Source: Psammoneis japonica (lineage: Eukaryota). Taken from it: a stretch of DNA of 64,000 nucleotides. The notes beneath the pieces are model-generated. The model had not been told where the DNA came from and made no database searches. It was given only the letters and a program-made list of their open reading frames with translations. This document shows positions 12,130-26,278 of this stretch, in pieces (the first letter of the stretch is position 1; the number at the start of each line of letters is the position of its first letter). The position numbers and the translations under genes were made by a program. Location: contig QPGO01000073.1 of the NCBI GenBank assembly GCA_008632985.1, forward strand, positions 124,001 through 188,000, written 5' to 3'.

Positions 12130-13149
12130 ATGAAGGACCCCCTTCACATGGGCGTAAAAGCTATCATTGCCTGCATTTTCGTTGTAAATTCCCAGCTTGT
12201 CATGCTTCACAAAATCGACTCTTACTATAGCACACAATCCAATTACGAAGCGCCCGACGGTCCAAGTGAAAAATCTCGCAAGTTTGCTGTGGCTGGTTTT
12301 ATTGATAGGATGGATCAAATGTACGGTACCTATTCCATTATGAAGCAAATGCAAAAGTTCAACATGTCCCATGAGGCAGATCTCGTTGCGGTCGTCCCAA
12401 GTTCCTTCAGCTTACTACACAGAAAAGAATGGGTTATTTTGAATCAGTGGCTAGACAAGGAAAATATATATGAAGTTCCTACCAGTTACATTTTGAAAAG
12501 GATACAGGACAAAGACGTATGGAAAGGAGTGTTCAACAAGCTCTGGCTCTTCAACTTGACCGACTACGACAAGGTCATTGTGCTGGACCAAGATGTTTTG
12601 ATTCGAACAAACATTATGCACTGGTTCGACTATCCGACACCGTGCGCTACCCAAGCAAAGGATAATATCGAATGGAACAGCGGGGCCATGGTCATTACAC
12701 CAAATACCGACGTGTTCAACAAAATGATGGACATGCTTCCAAACATGACCAAGAACAATCCCGATAAACTAAGCGACGTCGACAATTGGAACAGTGGACA
12801 TGGTCAACAAGGCTTTTTATCGGCATTCTTTACAGACGAGTCAAATGGAAAAACTGCGACATCGGAGGGCAGAATGAAAACAATGCCGACCGAAGCATCG
12901 ATATTGAGTAGCAGTTTGAATCAAAAGCAAGTCGGTTACTTTGCCAAATTTCGAATGCATATTTTTGAGACAGTGCATTTCACAACGGCCAAGCCATGGC
13001 TTGGAAACTTAGCGCCGAAAAGCGCGTTGCTATGTAACATTTTGAGAGAATGGACAGAGAGTGTGGAGGGAATTGATAAATACGGCCTTTCAATTGATAA
13101 CGATTATTTTCGGAACTGTCCGCAGAAGCAGACCCTTTCTGGATATTGA
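12130..13149 (+). CDS. Glycosyltransferase family 8 (glycogenin-like) protein
   Basis: FNKLWLFNLTDYDKVIVLDQD (DxD), WNSGAMVITP and HFTTAKPW motifs; N-terminal signal/anchor. Confidence 0.9.
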   Translation: MKDPLHMGVKAIIACIFVVNSQLVMLHKIDSYYSTQSNYEAPDGPSEKSRKFAVAGFIDRMDQMYGTYSIMKQMQKFNMSHEADLVAVVPSSFSLLHRKEWVILNQWLDKENIYEVPTSYILKRIQDKDVWKGVFNKLWLFNLTDYDKVIVLDQDVLIRTNIMHWFDYPTPCATQAKDNIEWNSGAMVITPNTDVFNKMMDMLPNMTKNNPDKLSDVDNWNSGHGQQGFLSAFFTDESNGKTATSEGRMKTMPTEASILSSSLNQKQVGYFAKFRMHIFETVHFTTAKPWLGNLAPKSALLCNILREWTESVEGIDKYGLSIDNDYFRNCPQKQTLSGY

Positions 13150-13449
13150 CTGGTAATTCTTCTCCAGGGTGATTCGACAATGAAAGTAATGAAAGTCGGT
13201 ACTACTGAGAAAGGTTTCGAGAGACGGGAGTCATTTCCAATGCTGATTTTCGATCGTTTCCTGCCCTCGTTCGTTGGGTGGTCGATTTGGGATTCCTTCT
13301 GAAACGCAATGGAGTTGAGATCATCACAAGCAACTCATCAATAAATAGCATAGTTCTAGCTGACTTCTTGAATCATGATGGTGCGTCTTTCTTGGTTGAG
13401 CATCCCAAGGGAAGAACGTTTTTTTTTAGAAGTAGGTACCGTACTTCAT

Positions 13450-16400
13450 GTCCGTTGATTGCGCAACCCGGGGATGAAGGATTTTCAATGCCGATTTTTG
13501 TCCCTTAATTGTGCATCCCGGGGGGTGGACGATTTTCAACACCTGGTTTGTGTTCATTGATTGTGCATCCCGAGGGATGAATGGTTTTCAATGCCCAGTT
13601 TATGTCCTGTGAGAATCCAATCTGTGAGGGCACTGAATGCTCTCGCTTTTGCATGTTTCGTCTTCCTGCAAACCCTGACAAAAAATGGCTATTTTGCAAA
13701 AGCTGGGGGGTGGAAAAGATGATGTGCAATCGAGAAATAGCTGCAGAAGCTGGGTGGGTTGCAATGAGCCCTTTGGCACCTCCACTGTCACAACTGGCAT
13801 CAAGCTGAAGATGGCAGGTGGAAGATTCAGGAGTGTGACAGCACAAATATGGAGAAAAATGCTCGCCCTCATTTCCTCCTCTGAGCTGCAATCCGCAGGA
13901 GCACATTGATGAAGTGAGGAACTCCACACAAGGTCATGGGTGAAGCTGCAATGCCAAAGCAAAGGGATTGCCAGTCTGGGTGTCTGAGATGGCAGCTGCA
14001 CAAAGGAGACCAGCACTCAAACCCACCAATGCCAACAGCGACCACCAGGAGGGTGTGGTGCAGGGTGCAGGCCATGGTCTGTCATGCCATGCCAATGATC
14101 TCAAAAAGACAACATTGTTGACAGTCAAATGCACAAACATCAGGTGTTGAGCACAGATGTGGAAGAAGAGCACAAGGATCAAAAAGAGAAACTCTTGCTC
14201 CCAAAGGCAAAGCTCAAGAGCACATTGTCAAGAACAAAGGAGGCAAAACTTTGACAAAGATCGCAAAGGCAGCAAGCTCTGACGAGCTGCACTGGAAAAA
14301 CCAGACAAGGAGAAAGAGACATGCAAAAAGCAAGCCAAAAAAATTTGAAGGCAAAAGTGACAAGCTCGGCTTTTTCTTGGGATGGTCTGAGGCCTGGCAG
14401 CTCCTTGGAAAATTTGTCAGAGAACACACACACTGCCTTTCTAACCTTTGAGTGCAAAACGAAGCATTTCTGGAGTTTCTCAACTGCACAATGAAGCATT
14501 TGATCCCAGTGACAGCTTGTGCAAGAATGTCAAATGGCACTCAAGGCATGTTGGAATGAAAAAGAGATGAGCTGTGAGAGGGATTGTGCATTGCAGACCA
14601 GCAGAAGTGAGCCACATTTCAGTGTTCTGCTGTCATGGATGAAGACTTGATGATGGATGTTGAGGAAGATGAAAATTCCAGCCTGAAACATGGTGGCAAC
14701 CTCAAAGGCAGCAGAGATGATTGGTTTCTGGCTGGAAGATTGAGTGTCCTGGTTTGGGTGTGTGCGCTCATTGCAAATGTGACAGATTTGTCTGCTTTTT
14801 GGGGTGCAAGTGCCGAGCCTTGTGTCTGATGTTGTTTGCAGTCAGCACAACTCACAAATTTGGCCATGCCTTGATCTTCATGCTTCCAGACACAACTGAG
14901 CAAGAACAAGGTGCCCACCAAAATGCACCAAAGAAATGATGAACTCCACTTTGCACTTGGCTCACAAGCACAGATTGACAGCAAATTGGCTGGCAGATTG
15001 TGACCCAGTTTGAACAACATGGCACAAGCCAACCCCAAGAGGAAACCCTGCGATGGCGCAGGTGTCCCAACACAGCTCTTGATCAGGCAATGCTTGGGTG
15101 TGCAGTGAAAGCTGACAAAGCACTCATCATTGACAACAAGTGTGCCATGAAAGGCCTCATCTGTGCAAAGTTGGCAAATCCAGAGAGTCATGGTCAAACA
15201 CAAGCAAGTGGCCAAATGACAAGACAAAGTTGCTTGAACTCAGTTTGGCTGTGATGCCATTTTTCATGTTGGGCATCCAATGCAAAGCTTCAAGGTTGGT
15301 TTCATCCAAGAGCTGGGTGGAAGGAACATCTGTGCTGAGATTTGGGGGGCTTGTTGCATGGAGATTTGGCACTCAGTGGATTGGTGTGGATGTGAGACCC
15401 AATGTTGAGCTGCAGGCATGGAGAAGGAAGCTGAGCAATGGTGGGAGATTTGTCAAAGCAGCAAGGAAAAGTGCTCAAGAAAGTTCTTGATGAGGTTTGG
15501 CCAGCAAAGCTCAAAGGTGGGCTGAACTTGCTGCAATGTTTGCAGTGTTGTTTTGGTCTTGGTTTTGTTCTCCAACTACACCAACCTGCTTCTCTGACAG
15601 CTTTGGACAATGGCAAAGCCTCCTGTCAACATGAGTGCAAATGGGTCTTCAATTTCATTTTTTCCAATGCATTCTCCATCATTTGCAGAGCATTTTGTGC
15701 CACAATGTCACAAGAAATTTTTGCTTTTGTTGCCTCTTGCATTCCTGCACTCAAGAGTCTCAGTCACACAAGGTCCAAAATGTGGCCCTGGGGTCCACAA
15801 CAGCAAACCACAACCACACCTTTTGTTCCAGCAATCTGGGGGCAAAACAAGAAAGTTGTGGCCTGGGGGGGGGGGGGGGGGCAGTTTCCCAACACCCTGA
15901 TGATGCTGGTGAGAGTTCACAAGGCAACAGCTTTGTGATGGTGGCACAAACCACACCCTGCTTGACATGCCACACAGCAGTGGTGGTGGTGTGTCAATTG
16001 ATTGAATCTCCCAAGAATGTGCCCATCTCACTCAAATGTTGTTGCCTCTGCTGCTGTCTGCAACAAAACCAAGGTGGTGGCGGCTTCTTTCCCATTGCCG
16101 TGATCTTTCCAACTGTGGCACCTCCAACAAAGTCTTTTGAATCAGCTCATTGCCAATGGCACAAAACTCCTTCACAACAAAGTTTCCATGCATGTCTTTC
16201 CATGCATGTCTTTCCATGCATGTCTTTCCATGCATGTCTTTCCATGCATGTCTTTCCATGCATGTCTTTCCATGCATGTCTTTCCGTGCATGTCTCTGGT
16301 CTCTGGGGCATCTAAGGGGCCACAGTGTCGCAAAGTTGTTGGCAAATCTTCGTTCCTGACGCAGCTTGTTGACATCCAAAAAAGCCACAAAGCCCCTCCT

Positions 16401-17540
16401 TGAAGCAGCATGTCTGGGACTGTTTGGTTGTGGCTGTGGCTGCATTTGAAAATGTCTCATTTTGGTCATCACAAGCTGCTGTCACTGGCCTTTGCTTCTC
16501 CAGACACAAAAACATGTGCTGCTTCAGGTGAGCTGCAAGTTTTGCCTTTTTCAAATCTCTGCTCTCTTTCCCTCCTGCTGCACAACTGCTGCATGCCAAT
16601 GCCATGCACTGCAACTCTGCAGCATGCTCTTGCCATCCAGAGGAGGGCCAAAACACCAACAATGCCAGATTGGCTTGTGGCTTCACACAGTTGTGCTGGG
16701 GAGTGTTGTGGGGGGTTGAATGTTGCTGTCAAGAAGCTTTTCTGCTCATTTTTGTTGAATGTCATTTGAAGCTCTGGTGGCATCTGCTAACCTAAAGAAC
16801 AGCCCTGCCAGCTGTTGAACAAATGCTGCCATTTTGTCATCACATGGTGTGCTCCAGCACCTTTCATGAGAGCCAGTCAATGGCGTGCTGCACCAAAGAT
16901 GCGCCGCCCATGCTGAGGGAGCAGCTGAACAAAGCCTCTGCAAAATCCTCTGTTGTTGAGCTTCACAACTGCCATCAATGCAAAGAGATGGAATTTGTGG
17001 TGCTGCAACCTTCTCATTCTTGCCAGCACACCAAAGCGCGCACTCTTTTCTGCTTCCTTCTCTTTTGTGACACCAGCAGCCCCCCCCCGTCAAAAACCAG
17101 TGTTTGACACACCCCACTTCTTGGTTGAGAGCCAGGGCCACAGCAGCTGCAAAACACCCCACCATCATGTGAAACTTGATTCTGTGGTGAAGAAGCAAAA
17201 TTCCCAGCACAAAATTTCTCATGATGCTGGTTGGCACAAACAAGTGCTGTTGTGGGTGAGGCCGGCAGGCGCCAAAGGGCAAGAACAAGAGAGCTTTTGA
17301 TTTTTTGTCTCTCTCATGCAGCTGCTTCAACAACCCTTTGATTTCCATTGTGAGCAGCAGCACGCACCTTGCAAGAGACATGAAAAGAACATTGTGAATG
17401 CCATCGCTCCAATGATGGCTGCAGGGGAAAAGCATTGACATGATTTCAACCCAAATCCCGGCGGTTGAAAAGAAGAAAGGCCTCTGATGCATGCACTCGT
17501 GCGACTGACGCACCCAAGACATTTCAGAATGGCCGATTTA
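13450..17540. mobile_element. Hypermutated (TpA- and CpG-depleted) repeat domain of undetermined transposon class
   Basis: Only about five TA dinucleotides by eye between 13851 and 17530. Many overlapping Cys/His-rich spurious ORFs. Short imperfect direct repeats at the left edge (~13454-13490 and ~13555-13594). No diagnostic protein motif recognised. Confidence 0.6.
16187..16295. repeat. 14-bp tandem repeat (CATGCATGTCTTTC) x7 plus a partial unit
   Basis: Seven perfect units from 16187 to 16284, then CGTGCATGTCT. Confidence 0.95.
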
Positions 17541-17743
17541 CTATGGGGGACCGTTGAATTTGACGTCATGAAGAGCCTATTTTTGATTGTCATTGTCAAT
17601 TGCAAAAGAGCCGCATTAAGCCTATAAAGGCTCTAAAAAGGCTATTCCCAACATCGTTCCCATCCACCATACGTTGAAAGACTCACCATGACGCTCCCGC
17701 CGTCTTATTGAAATATTGCAACGATATACACTACCAAAACACG

Positions 17744-18906
17744 ATGCAACAAGAAGAAATCGCAACAACACCGCCACCACCACCAAGACAACGACGACGA
17801 CTTGGTTCGTTTCGACGAAATTCTCATGCCAATACTACGACGATTACAGAAAGCAGTGCTAATAATTCGCAACAGAAATCAGAGTCTGTAGCCGTCAAAC
17901 CAGATGTCCTCTTGGAAGAAGCGGCTTTGGGCAGTCTCGATATTTTGTGTCGTCGACCTCATGTCGTGAGTGTGACTCTAGTCAAGGATTCTCCGGAAAC
18001 GCCCTTGGGCTTTCGTCTGTCGTCTCATCATGATCAAGTTTTCATTGAAGACAAGACGTCATCAAGCTTGCTGTGCATGCCCAATCCGTGTGCACTCTTT
18101 CCTCATAAACAAAACGATCATTCTCTAACGTTTTTTCAATCGGGTGACGTCTTGGAATCGATCAACAATTTTGATGTCGTGGTGTCGAACCGCACGAAAT
18201 TGAAGAGTACTTTGATTCGCTCCAAGCGGGCTTGATCACAATCATGGTTTCCACCACGAACAACAAGAATGAACAACAACAAGAAGAAGAATCAAGCTAT
18301 CGTCTATGTCAAGCGATTGCTCTTAGACCAGAACAAGAAGAACAACAAGAAGACACACCCTTTGATACTACCGCAGATACTACTACTACTACTACTGACA
18401 CCATACTGGATCCAGGAATTACTTTCGATCAAGACTCACAGGGACGTTTAATTCTTCAAACACTGGCTCCTCAAGGTTGGTTTGGTGGTCGGAAATGTGC
18501 ACTCCAAGCAGGTGATTTCGTGGTGGGTATCAACGATTGTCCCTGTTTTACAATAGGCAAACAAGAAGCACAATTGTTATTGGCCATCAAGGCGGGACAT
18601 TCTCCCTTTGTTTCCATTACGACATTGCGTCCTCCCAAATCGAATGCTTGGGGATTGCGCAAAGCGGCCGTGGCATTGGGTGGTGGAACCATGGTGGGGG
18701 TGGGTGCCGTAATCATGGCGACACCCCTGCATCCCATTGGACACGTCATGGCAGCCGGGGGTGTAGCAGCACTGGGAACGGAATTTGAAGCACCCAAACG
18801 TGCCGTCGAATCCGCGAAAAAGAAATGGCAGGGCATGACGACGAGTCGAAATAGTGACGAGAATGTGAGTGATGAGAGTGCTCTTGTAGTACATCAGCAG
18901 CAATAG
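17744..18906 (+). CDS. Protein with two PDZ-like segments and a C-terminal hydrophobic Gly-rich hairpin; frameshift near 18200-18235
   Basis: VTLVKDSPETPLGFRL...FQSGDVLESIN and PGITF...LQAGDFVVGIN are PDZ-like. RKAAVALGGGTMVGVGAVIMATPLHPIGH...LGTEFE tail. Two abutting ORFs (17708-18235, 18232-18906). Confidence 0.6.
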
Positions 18907-19209
18907 AAGGTATATATAATTCAACATGATACCCTTACACTAAAATAACAAGAGCCAGTTACATACTTCAGCGTCAATCAAAGGGCACGAGGATACACGG
19001 AAGATTAAAAGTGCTGTATCTACCTTTTTTAGTAATTGCACTTATACTGCCGGAAACGGCTCGTCACAACAAGTTACTTCTCCTTTCCAAAAAACGTGAT
19101 TGAATGCGACGGCCTACATTCGAATGAAAAACCTCAGTATTTCAAAATAACTTCATAAACACTACTAAAACTAATACTATTCCCCCTTTTGATCATACTA
19201 CTACTAGCT

Positions 19210-22200
19210 CTAAATAATTAACGCTTTCAAATATACGAAAAGCACAAGATACAGCTGCTCTACCCGAGTTTGAAAAAGGAGATGTATCCTTTTCGAGATG
19301 AAGCTGCCGCAAGCGTCCATCTCGTGAAATTGCCACGCGTGACCCAAGCAAGTCGTCCTTGTTTCTTCCATCCACTTGTCCGACCGGGTATAATCCGTCT
19401 TGTTGGTCAAGGATGCCACAAAGAGTGCACCCTGATCCTCATCATTGGTATCCTTGTCGTCGTCCGTGTGTAGGTTGATTCCAACCGCAAGTTGTTTCCC
19501 ATTGGCACTAATACCGACAGAACTTGGAATGTAATCGTCAGTAAAATCCATGGGATCACGAGACATGGTGTAGTTACCAGTCGTTGCATTCTTCGTCAAG
19601 ACTCGCACCACGGCAATCTCCACATCATCCTGTACAGAGTGCCGGCCAGCGCCAGCAAGGTTCCGTTTTGACTAATGGACACGTCGCTTCCCGAAAAGTA
19701 GTTTTCGTAGTAATAGTCCCACTCGTAGTCATAGTACATGTCATCGTCATAACCGGTTTCTTCCTCGTCTACTTGCTCATCATTCGAAGTGCTCTTGATG
19801 GGAGGAATGACGGTTTCGGTCCAATTCTTTTTGCTCTCGTCATAGTCATACACCTTGGCAAGAAAGGACGAATACGATCCCGTCACAACCACCGTTTGAC
19901 CGTCCCCGCTAAAGGACACTCGTACATTGGCACCATAATCGTCATAGGCAATGCTTCCAATCAAATCACTACCCTTGTTCTTCCACGACGAGTCGTTCTC
20001 ATCCAATTGCACGACACGCAAAAAGCTTCCCGTATCATCCCATCCGTCGTCCAGTTCCTCCACAATGGAACCCGACAACAAGACCGTGTTGCCATCGTCC
20101 GAAATACGAACTTGTCGTCCGACATCTTCCACCAAATCTTGTACTTGATCTAAACGCTGTCCCACCAACGTCCAAAGACCTTTCTCTGAAATTTTGTAAA
20201 TCTCCACATAACCACTCTTGCCCGGCGGTGGTTGGTTGGCTCCCACCACCAACACCGTACCGTCACTGCTCAAATCAACCGATTGTCCAAAACCATCAAA
20301 TTCGGCCGTCCCAAACAAGTCTTGTCCGAGTTGCTTGTATTGTTGATCGTTACAACTCCACGCAAAGACACGAACCATTCCGAGATTTTCATCTGTGGTT
20401 TCATCGATCCCCACCGCCACGACGGATCCGTCCTTGGACATGGCCACCGACAGTGTGTGTTGATCTTGTTGTTTGGGCAATTGATCCAAATCACCCACGT
20501 GCGTATTGATTTCGTCATTGGAAAAGGGAACACAAATCGAAAAGGTAGTGCTATTCTTGTTGGTAGTAGTTGGTGTTTGATTTGTCGACGATGACGGTAT
20601 TTCGCTCTTGCCATCATAATTGATTCCATAAAAGGCCACGACACGTTCGGATCCTACAGCGGCAATCTTGCCATTTCCCGATAAACGAACAAAGTTACCC
20701 GGTACACCCATATTAACCGCCTTGGTTCCCTTGCCGACAATGCGCCACTTTTCATCTTGAGTTCGTGTCACAACCACCATGCTTCCGACACACTCCACGT
20801 CCTCACCAATCCACCATGTTTCATCATTATAATCTTCACGACTCGCTACAATACACGCCACTTGTCCATTGCTGGCAACATCGGTAGCGACTTCGACACT
20901 AAAGTCGCCGTACAATTCTTGAAAGGCCAAGGTGCCGTTTGGATTTTGAGAATAATCCACCAATTGTACCATGTTTGTAATTTTGGATTTTGTTGTATTG
21001 TCACAAAAGGCGGAATAGCACCAAATCACCATCATGATCCATTTCGACCGATTCAATCCAATAATAAACTTCCTCATCAACATCTTGATGAAATGTCGTG
21101 CTTTTACTGGATTCCGCCTTCCATTCGTCAGCATAAAAATCAAACTTGTACAACAAGACACCAAATTGTGGATCGGCAATACTGAGTTCTTCACCATTGT
21201 CGGAGAGTGACAATTGTGGATCATAATCATATCCATCGGGATATTGGACGGTACTGACAATATCGGCACCCTTGGTGGACCACAGACGCTTGTCGGGATT
21301 GTAGGCAAAGTTGCGCACCACAAAGCTGGACGAATTGGTCCACGCCAAAACACTCAGGGTTTGTCCCGTATTGCTCAACGCAATCGCATTGCCCAATTGA
21401 TAATAGGCAATTTCCGTATATTCCAATTCTTGAATGGTTTGTCCCAACAATTGCCAACGATTCGTTTCATCCTCGTCGTAATAATAGACTTGTACAAATC
21501 CCGTCCCACCGTCATAATAGGATTGGGGTGCCGCAATCGCCATGACCTTGCCATCGGCCGACGAACGGATGCGATGACCAAATTGTTCATTTTCATTATT
21601 GCCCATTAAATCTTGTCCAATTTGTTTCCAATTCTCATCCACACAATCATAACCAAACGCACGTACCAATCCGACAGAATAGTTTTGAGGAGAATCAAAA
21701 TCACTCATGCCGACACTCACCAACGAACAATCGTCATTGATATCCATGGCGGTAAAGGTATACTCGTAATCATCATCTGCATCATTTTGTTCGGGAACAA
21801 TTTCTAAATTTTGAATATGAAAGACATCGTAATTGGCTTGAACTGGATCACGAGCCACCATGGGAAGGGTACACATTTGTATCGAGGGCAACGGTGGGAG
21901 TGTCGGTGTGGGTTTTAAGTGTTTTCTTGGGAGCCAATGTCGGCTTTAACGACGTCTTGTGTGGAACTGCTGGTTTGGGTGCGGACGACGGTGTTGATAC
22001 AGTAGAAGGAGGAGGAACGCTGTTGTTGTTGTTGGTTGCTCTTGCTGGGTGATGAACTCTCGTCGTTCTTGTTGTACACCACGACAGACGCTACAGTCGC
22101 TACCAACAACACACATACCAACATGCAAATCAATCGATGGCGTCGTTGCTTTACCTTTTGTTGCACATACAAATCACCCACTGCTCCATCAACACCCATG

Positions 22201-22397
22201 TAATAATCTTCTTCACCCGCAACCGTGGTGGAAAAGTTGGAGACACTCATATCATCATCATTGGATACTTTGAGAAATAAATCACCACGTTTTTCTCGTT
22301 TTTCACAAGATGCATTGTTCATTTGTTCAAAATGATAACGTCCCTTCTTTTGATCAGCACGATCTACCAACTCAATACTCGATGGAGCCGATGGCAT
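19210..22397 (-). CDS. Type II membrane protein with FG-GAP-like beta-propeller repeats, split by several frameshifts
   Basis: TM segment LICMLVCVLLVATVASVVVY followed by repeats WKQIGQDLMG..EQFG..SSADGKVMAIAAP..GFVQVY and YKQLGQDLFG..DGFGQSVDLSSDG..VVGA, spread over ORFs 21915-22397, 21001-21891, 19596-21353 and 19210-19623. 3' end approximate. Confidence 0.72.
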
Positions 22398-22996
22398 AAT
22401 GATGATGATGCGATGATGATGTGTACAGTAACAAGGATGACAGCAACAGCAGCAACGATACAGTCAACACCAAAACAATGCGCTCAACGTGACTGAAAAA
22501 AAAAATGACGACACCGGCCGGCGCGATTAGTGTGTGATGGACAGACGTTGAAAGCATCTTTTGTGCATGCATGTACCGGCACTTATTGAGCACTGTGTGA
22601 CGACACGTGTAACACACGCACGGGGTGTTTCGTGAGACACCACAATGACAAGGGGTTGCTGCTGCTGCTGCTGCTGTCGCCTTGGATGTTTGGAAGAATC
22701 AAGAGCGTCAAAACAATGGTGGAATCTTTTGTTTGCAACAAAGAATCTGCACATGGTCGTTGAAAAGTGATGCTGTTTGAGAGACAGGGAGTGACGGGGG
22801 GCGCTGGAGGAGCGAGAGAGAGGTGTGCTGCTGCCCCCGTGCATGAGAGAAAAAAGAGACAGAGATCACACAAAAAGCCAGAGAGATGAGTGGTCCAAAC
22901 AAGATGTGTGCAATGTGCAAAAGCACGCCAAGAGCCAAAGAGGAGAGAAAGAGAGAGATCTCTCACCAGGCTTGTGTGCTGCACACACACACACAG

Positions 22997-23060
<64 letters not shown>
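22997..23060. repeat. Compound microsatellite (TC)n(AC)n
   Basis: Directly visible. Confidence 0.95.
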
Positions 23061-23062
<2 letters not shown>

Positions 23063-24255
23063 GAAACCCATGCTGCTCTGCTGCATCATGTCAATGGCAC
23101 ATTTTTTCAGCCAAGGCAGTCCATCTCACCAGCACACTCCAACAAAGCAATCAAGGCTTGTGCACCAACAATGAACAATTCTTTGTGATCTCCACCAAGA
23201 CAAGCAGGCGACCAACTGACACCCACACCAGAAAATTGCTGGGAAGGAGGGGCCAAAGGACACATGCACTCTGGCGCCTCGTGCAGTGCTCCTGCATGTG
23301 ACCTTGGGCCTGCAAAATTCCAAGTGCAAGCTCCACAGTGAAATTGTTGAGCAGCAGTGCGTGCATTTGTGAATGATTGCCAACAGAAAAAAGGCAATTT
23401 TGTCAGAATGCACCCTCTCCTTGACACTTGAAGTGCAGCCTGCATCATTCTTTCCAGTTTGCCTGGGGTGTTTCTTCAGACATTCTAGAGGGGTGTGTGC
23501 CCAGCCTGTTTTTGTTGCCCCCCAAAATGAAAAAAATAGAGAGCCTTTGGCTTTGCAAAACAGGGAGTGCGTGTGAAGCCATTTTGCAGAAGATTGAGCA
23601 CAAAAGTGTGCTGGGTGTGTGACACATGGTGTGATCCAAAACACTCTCATGTCACAGTGCGGCCAGTGGCATGAGCCCCACCTCTGGAGCTCAAGCATGT
23701 CAGCACACAACTTTTCTAGCTGCGTGGTGCCATCTTGGCCACCCCCCCCCCAGCTGCTGCCTGCTGTGCTGGACCAGTTTTTCTGAAACATGCTGCCGTT
23801 GAAACTTTTGTCAAAGACCATTCTGGCCTCTTGGTGTGTTGGTGTGTGGCTGCCTTTGTCAGTCTTCTTGGCAACTTTTTTTCAGATCTGTTGTGTCCTT
23901 TGATGTGTGCCAGCACTCTGAGGTGATGATGGCAGATCAGAGAATGGCACTCGCACCCCCCACCACACATGTGAGAGCAAAAAACACATGCAGAGTCAAG
24001 TGCACTGACCATCTCTTGCAGGAATGAATCTTTTGCCGATGCCCACCAGAGCTGTTCCCTTCTTGTTCTTCCACACATCTCAGGTGGGCAGGAGGATGAT
24101 TCCCCATCAACAGCAATGACAGCACAAAACAATGTGCAGCACAAACAGCAAAGTCACAGCAAGACAAAAAAAAACAGCTGCACAGACATGGTGCACAAAA
24201 ATTGCAAAGCAAAACCAGAGTGGCAAGAAACAAAGAGTGCACACTGCAAATGTCA

Positions 24256-24257
<2 letters not shown>

Positions 24258-24301
<44 letters not shown>
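24258..24301. repeat. (AG)n microsatellite
   Basis: Directly visible. Confidence 0.95.
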
Positions 24302-24303
<2 letters not shown>

Positions 24304-24728
24304 ACCCTGACCCTGACCCCAAAGACAGTGCATCATGCCAGCACTGAGAGTTTGCTGCACCTGATTGTGAGACATGAGGCTTGGTTGTTCCAAAACACTT
24401 GCAGCCACAGGTCATCCCAAATTAGATGGAACATTCCATTTTTTCCAAAAACAAGCAGCATTTCCTCTGGCAGCGAGCCAAAGCCCTTTTAAGGACATTC
24501 CAATGGTGACCAGTTTGATCCATGGGAATTTTTCCACAAGTAGACGAATTTCCAATCTACATGAAATGTCGGCATTTCTGCGCTAGAAATCACAGGAGGT
24601 GCAGGGATCTTGTACTTGCAATTGATTTATGCGTTGAGCTAGAGTGTGATTTGGCGTGGATGCAATGACGTGACAACATCATCTCCTGCAACAATGTCAA
24701 AAATTGAGCAATGGTACACCGTAACGTG

Positions 24729-25896
24729 TTACTTTTCTCTACTTTTCGAAAACCATTCTTGATCACATGCTTTATTAAACCACACGGACCATGAAAATGA
24801 CTTTCGATTCATGCCGTTCTTATTAAGCTCAATCCCACACCTTCGATACGCGGCATCCATGGTTTCGTCTTTTTCAATTTCATGTAGGTTTGTAGCCCGG
24901 TTGACCATGTCTTGGTATACCGCAATATCTTCATACATGGCACAGCACAGCGCTCTTGTCCCCTCTTTGGAGAGCCCACCTGTCTCTGCAAAACGCTCGC
25001 TCCCGTGTGTATGCGCTTTTCTAATACTAGGAAGGTTTCCGCCCATCCACCGATCGATTCGTATCATGTCCTCCTGTAGATGCTCTTGTCGAATGACCAT
25101 CACCTCTATTGATTTATTCTTGTACATTGTCTTGGTTGCATAATACTTGTAGTTGGAAAGCATGTGAGCCACGACTTTGGGTCCGCCCCCACGCAGTACT
25201 CTCAGTCCCAACTTGCGACAGAGTGCGGTAGTCACATTATCTGGATTCTCCAAAACATGATAATTCTTGCTGCCAGCAACCGCCATGGCCAAGTCTTCCA
25301 CGGCTGGAAAACAATAATGATAAAAAGCATATATCTTTTCCCGTGTTCGGCTTGATATCGTTCTTGAAGTCCGTTGTTACGATAATGGTTGTATAAGAAA
25401 GCCGAAACCGCCTTGAAATTGGTTCCCGAATGGAGTACAGAAACGTTGTCAGACGACCATCACTTTCCAAATCCTTGACAACAAGATGGTGACATGACTG
25501 GATTGCATTCGAGAGGCCACGAGTATGCGAGGAAGGACTCTGCGGGAGGATTTCATTGCATTGATTCAACGGCAGCCGCAAGGTGTCCCGAATTGTAACA
25601 CCACCAGCTTTACCCACATGTACAAAGGAAATGTTTCGGACAAGGTTGGTGTTAAAGGTGGCTGGCGGCTCGGATGTGTTGACTGGAAAAGCAAGATGAA
25701 AATCATTCACAAAATTGGTAATGATCAAGTCCGAGAACAAAACACGGCTTTCCATCAAAAGCCGAGCTAGATTGGTGAGAAGAACAAAAACAAGAAGCGA
25801 CTCCAACCTCGAGCCTCGAACGGATTTCGTCTTTTGTCTCGAGGTGCCTTCTGTTTTGCCACCCATTGCGATGTCATCTCGCACTTGTTTATACAA
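24729..25896 (-). CDS. Sulfotransferase-like type II membrane protein; frameshift near 25400
   Basis: N-terminal TM, FVHVGKAGGVT (5'-PSB-like), IREPISR (3'-PB-like), and C-terminal VIRQEHLQED...ALCCAMYEDIAVY. Two overlapping ORFs. Confidence 0.7.
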
Positions 25897-26278
25897 GAAT
25901 CAGCTTTTCGTTTACCGAACGTTATGCAGCGAGCAACGACAGAGCGATGCAACATCATCGTGAGGTGGAAACGAAACATTTTGATTTTCTCCCAATACCT
26001 GCCCACCACACCCCTCACCGCGCACTCGCGCGTCCAAGTAACGGCAGGAGGTAGCTGCGGGGTTTAATATTCCCCCCTAAGCTCTGCGGTCATGCCATAC
26101 CCTGTTAGTCATTCAGTAAGGTCTTCCAGTACTTGTATTGGGGGTTCCCATTATTTTATCGAAAATACTACCCCGCTCCTGCAGGCACGTCAAAGCCGCC
26201 ACCACCACCCAACTTTCTTCGCGATCCATATTCAAGGCGAAAAAAGCAGAAAACAGGAGCAAGAACGAATGTGTCACC

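Larger units (their letters stand above)
22540..24590. mobile_element. Hypermutated (TpA-depleted) repeat domain, class undetermined
   Basis: Near absence of TA (survivors include TCTAGA, TCTAGC and TTAA), TG/CA-rich composition, and embedded microsatellites. Confidence 0.55.

Noticed and set aside
24563..24586. Near-palindrome GAAATGTCGGCATTTC followed by CTAG as a Helitron 3' end
   Set aside because: The spacing is short, the following base is A rather than T, and no matching 5' end was found.
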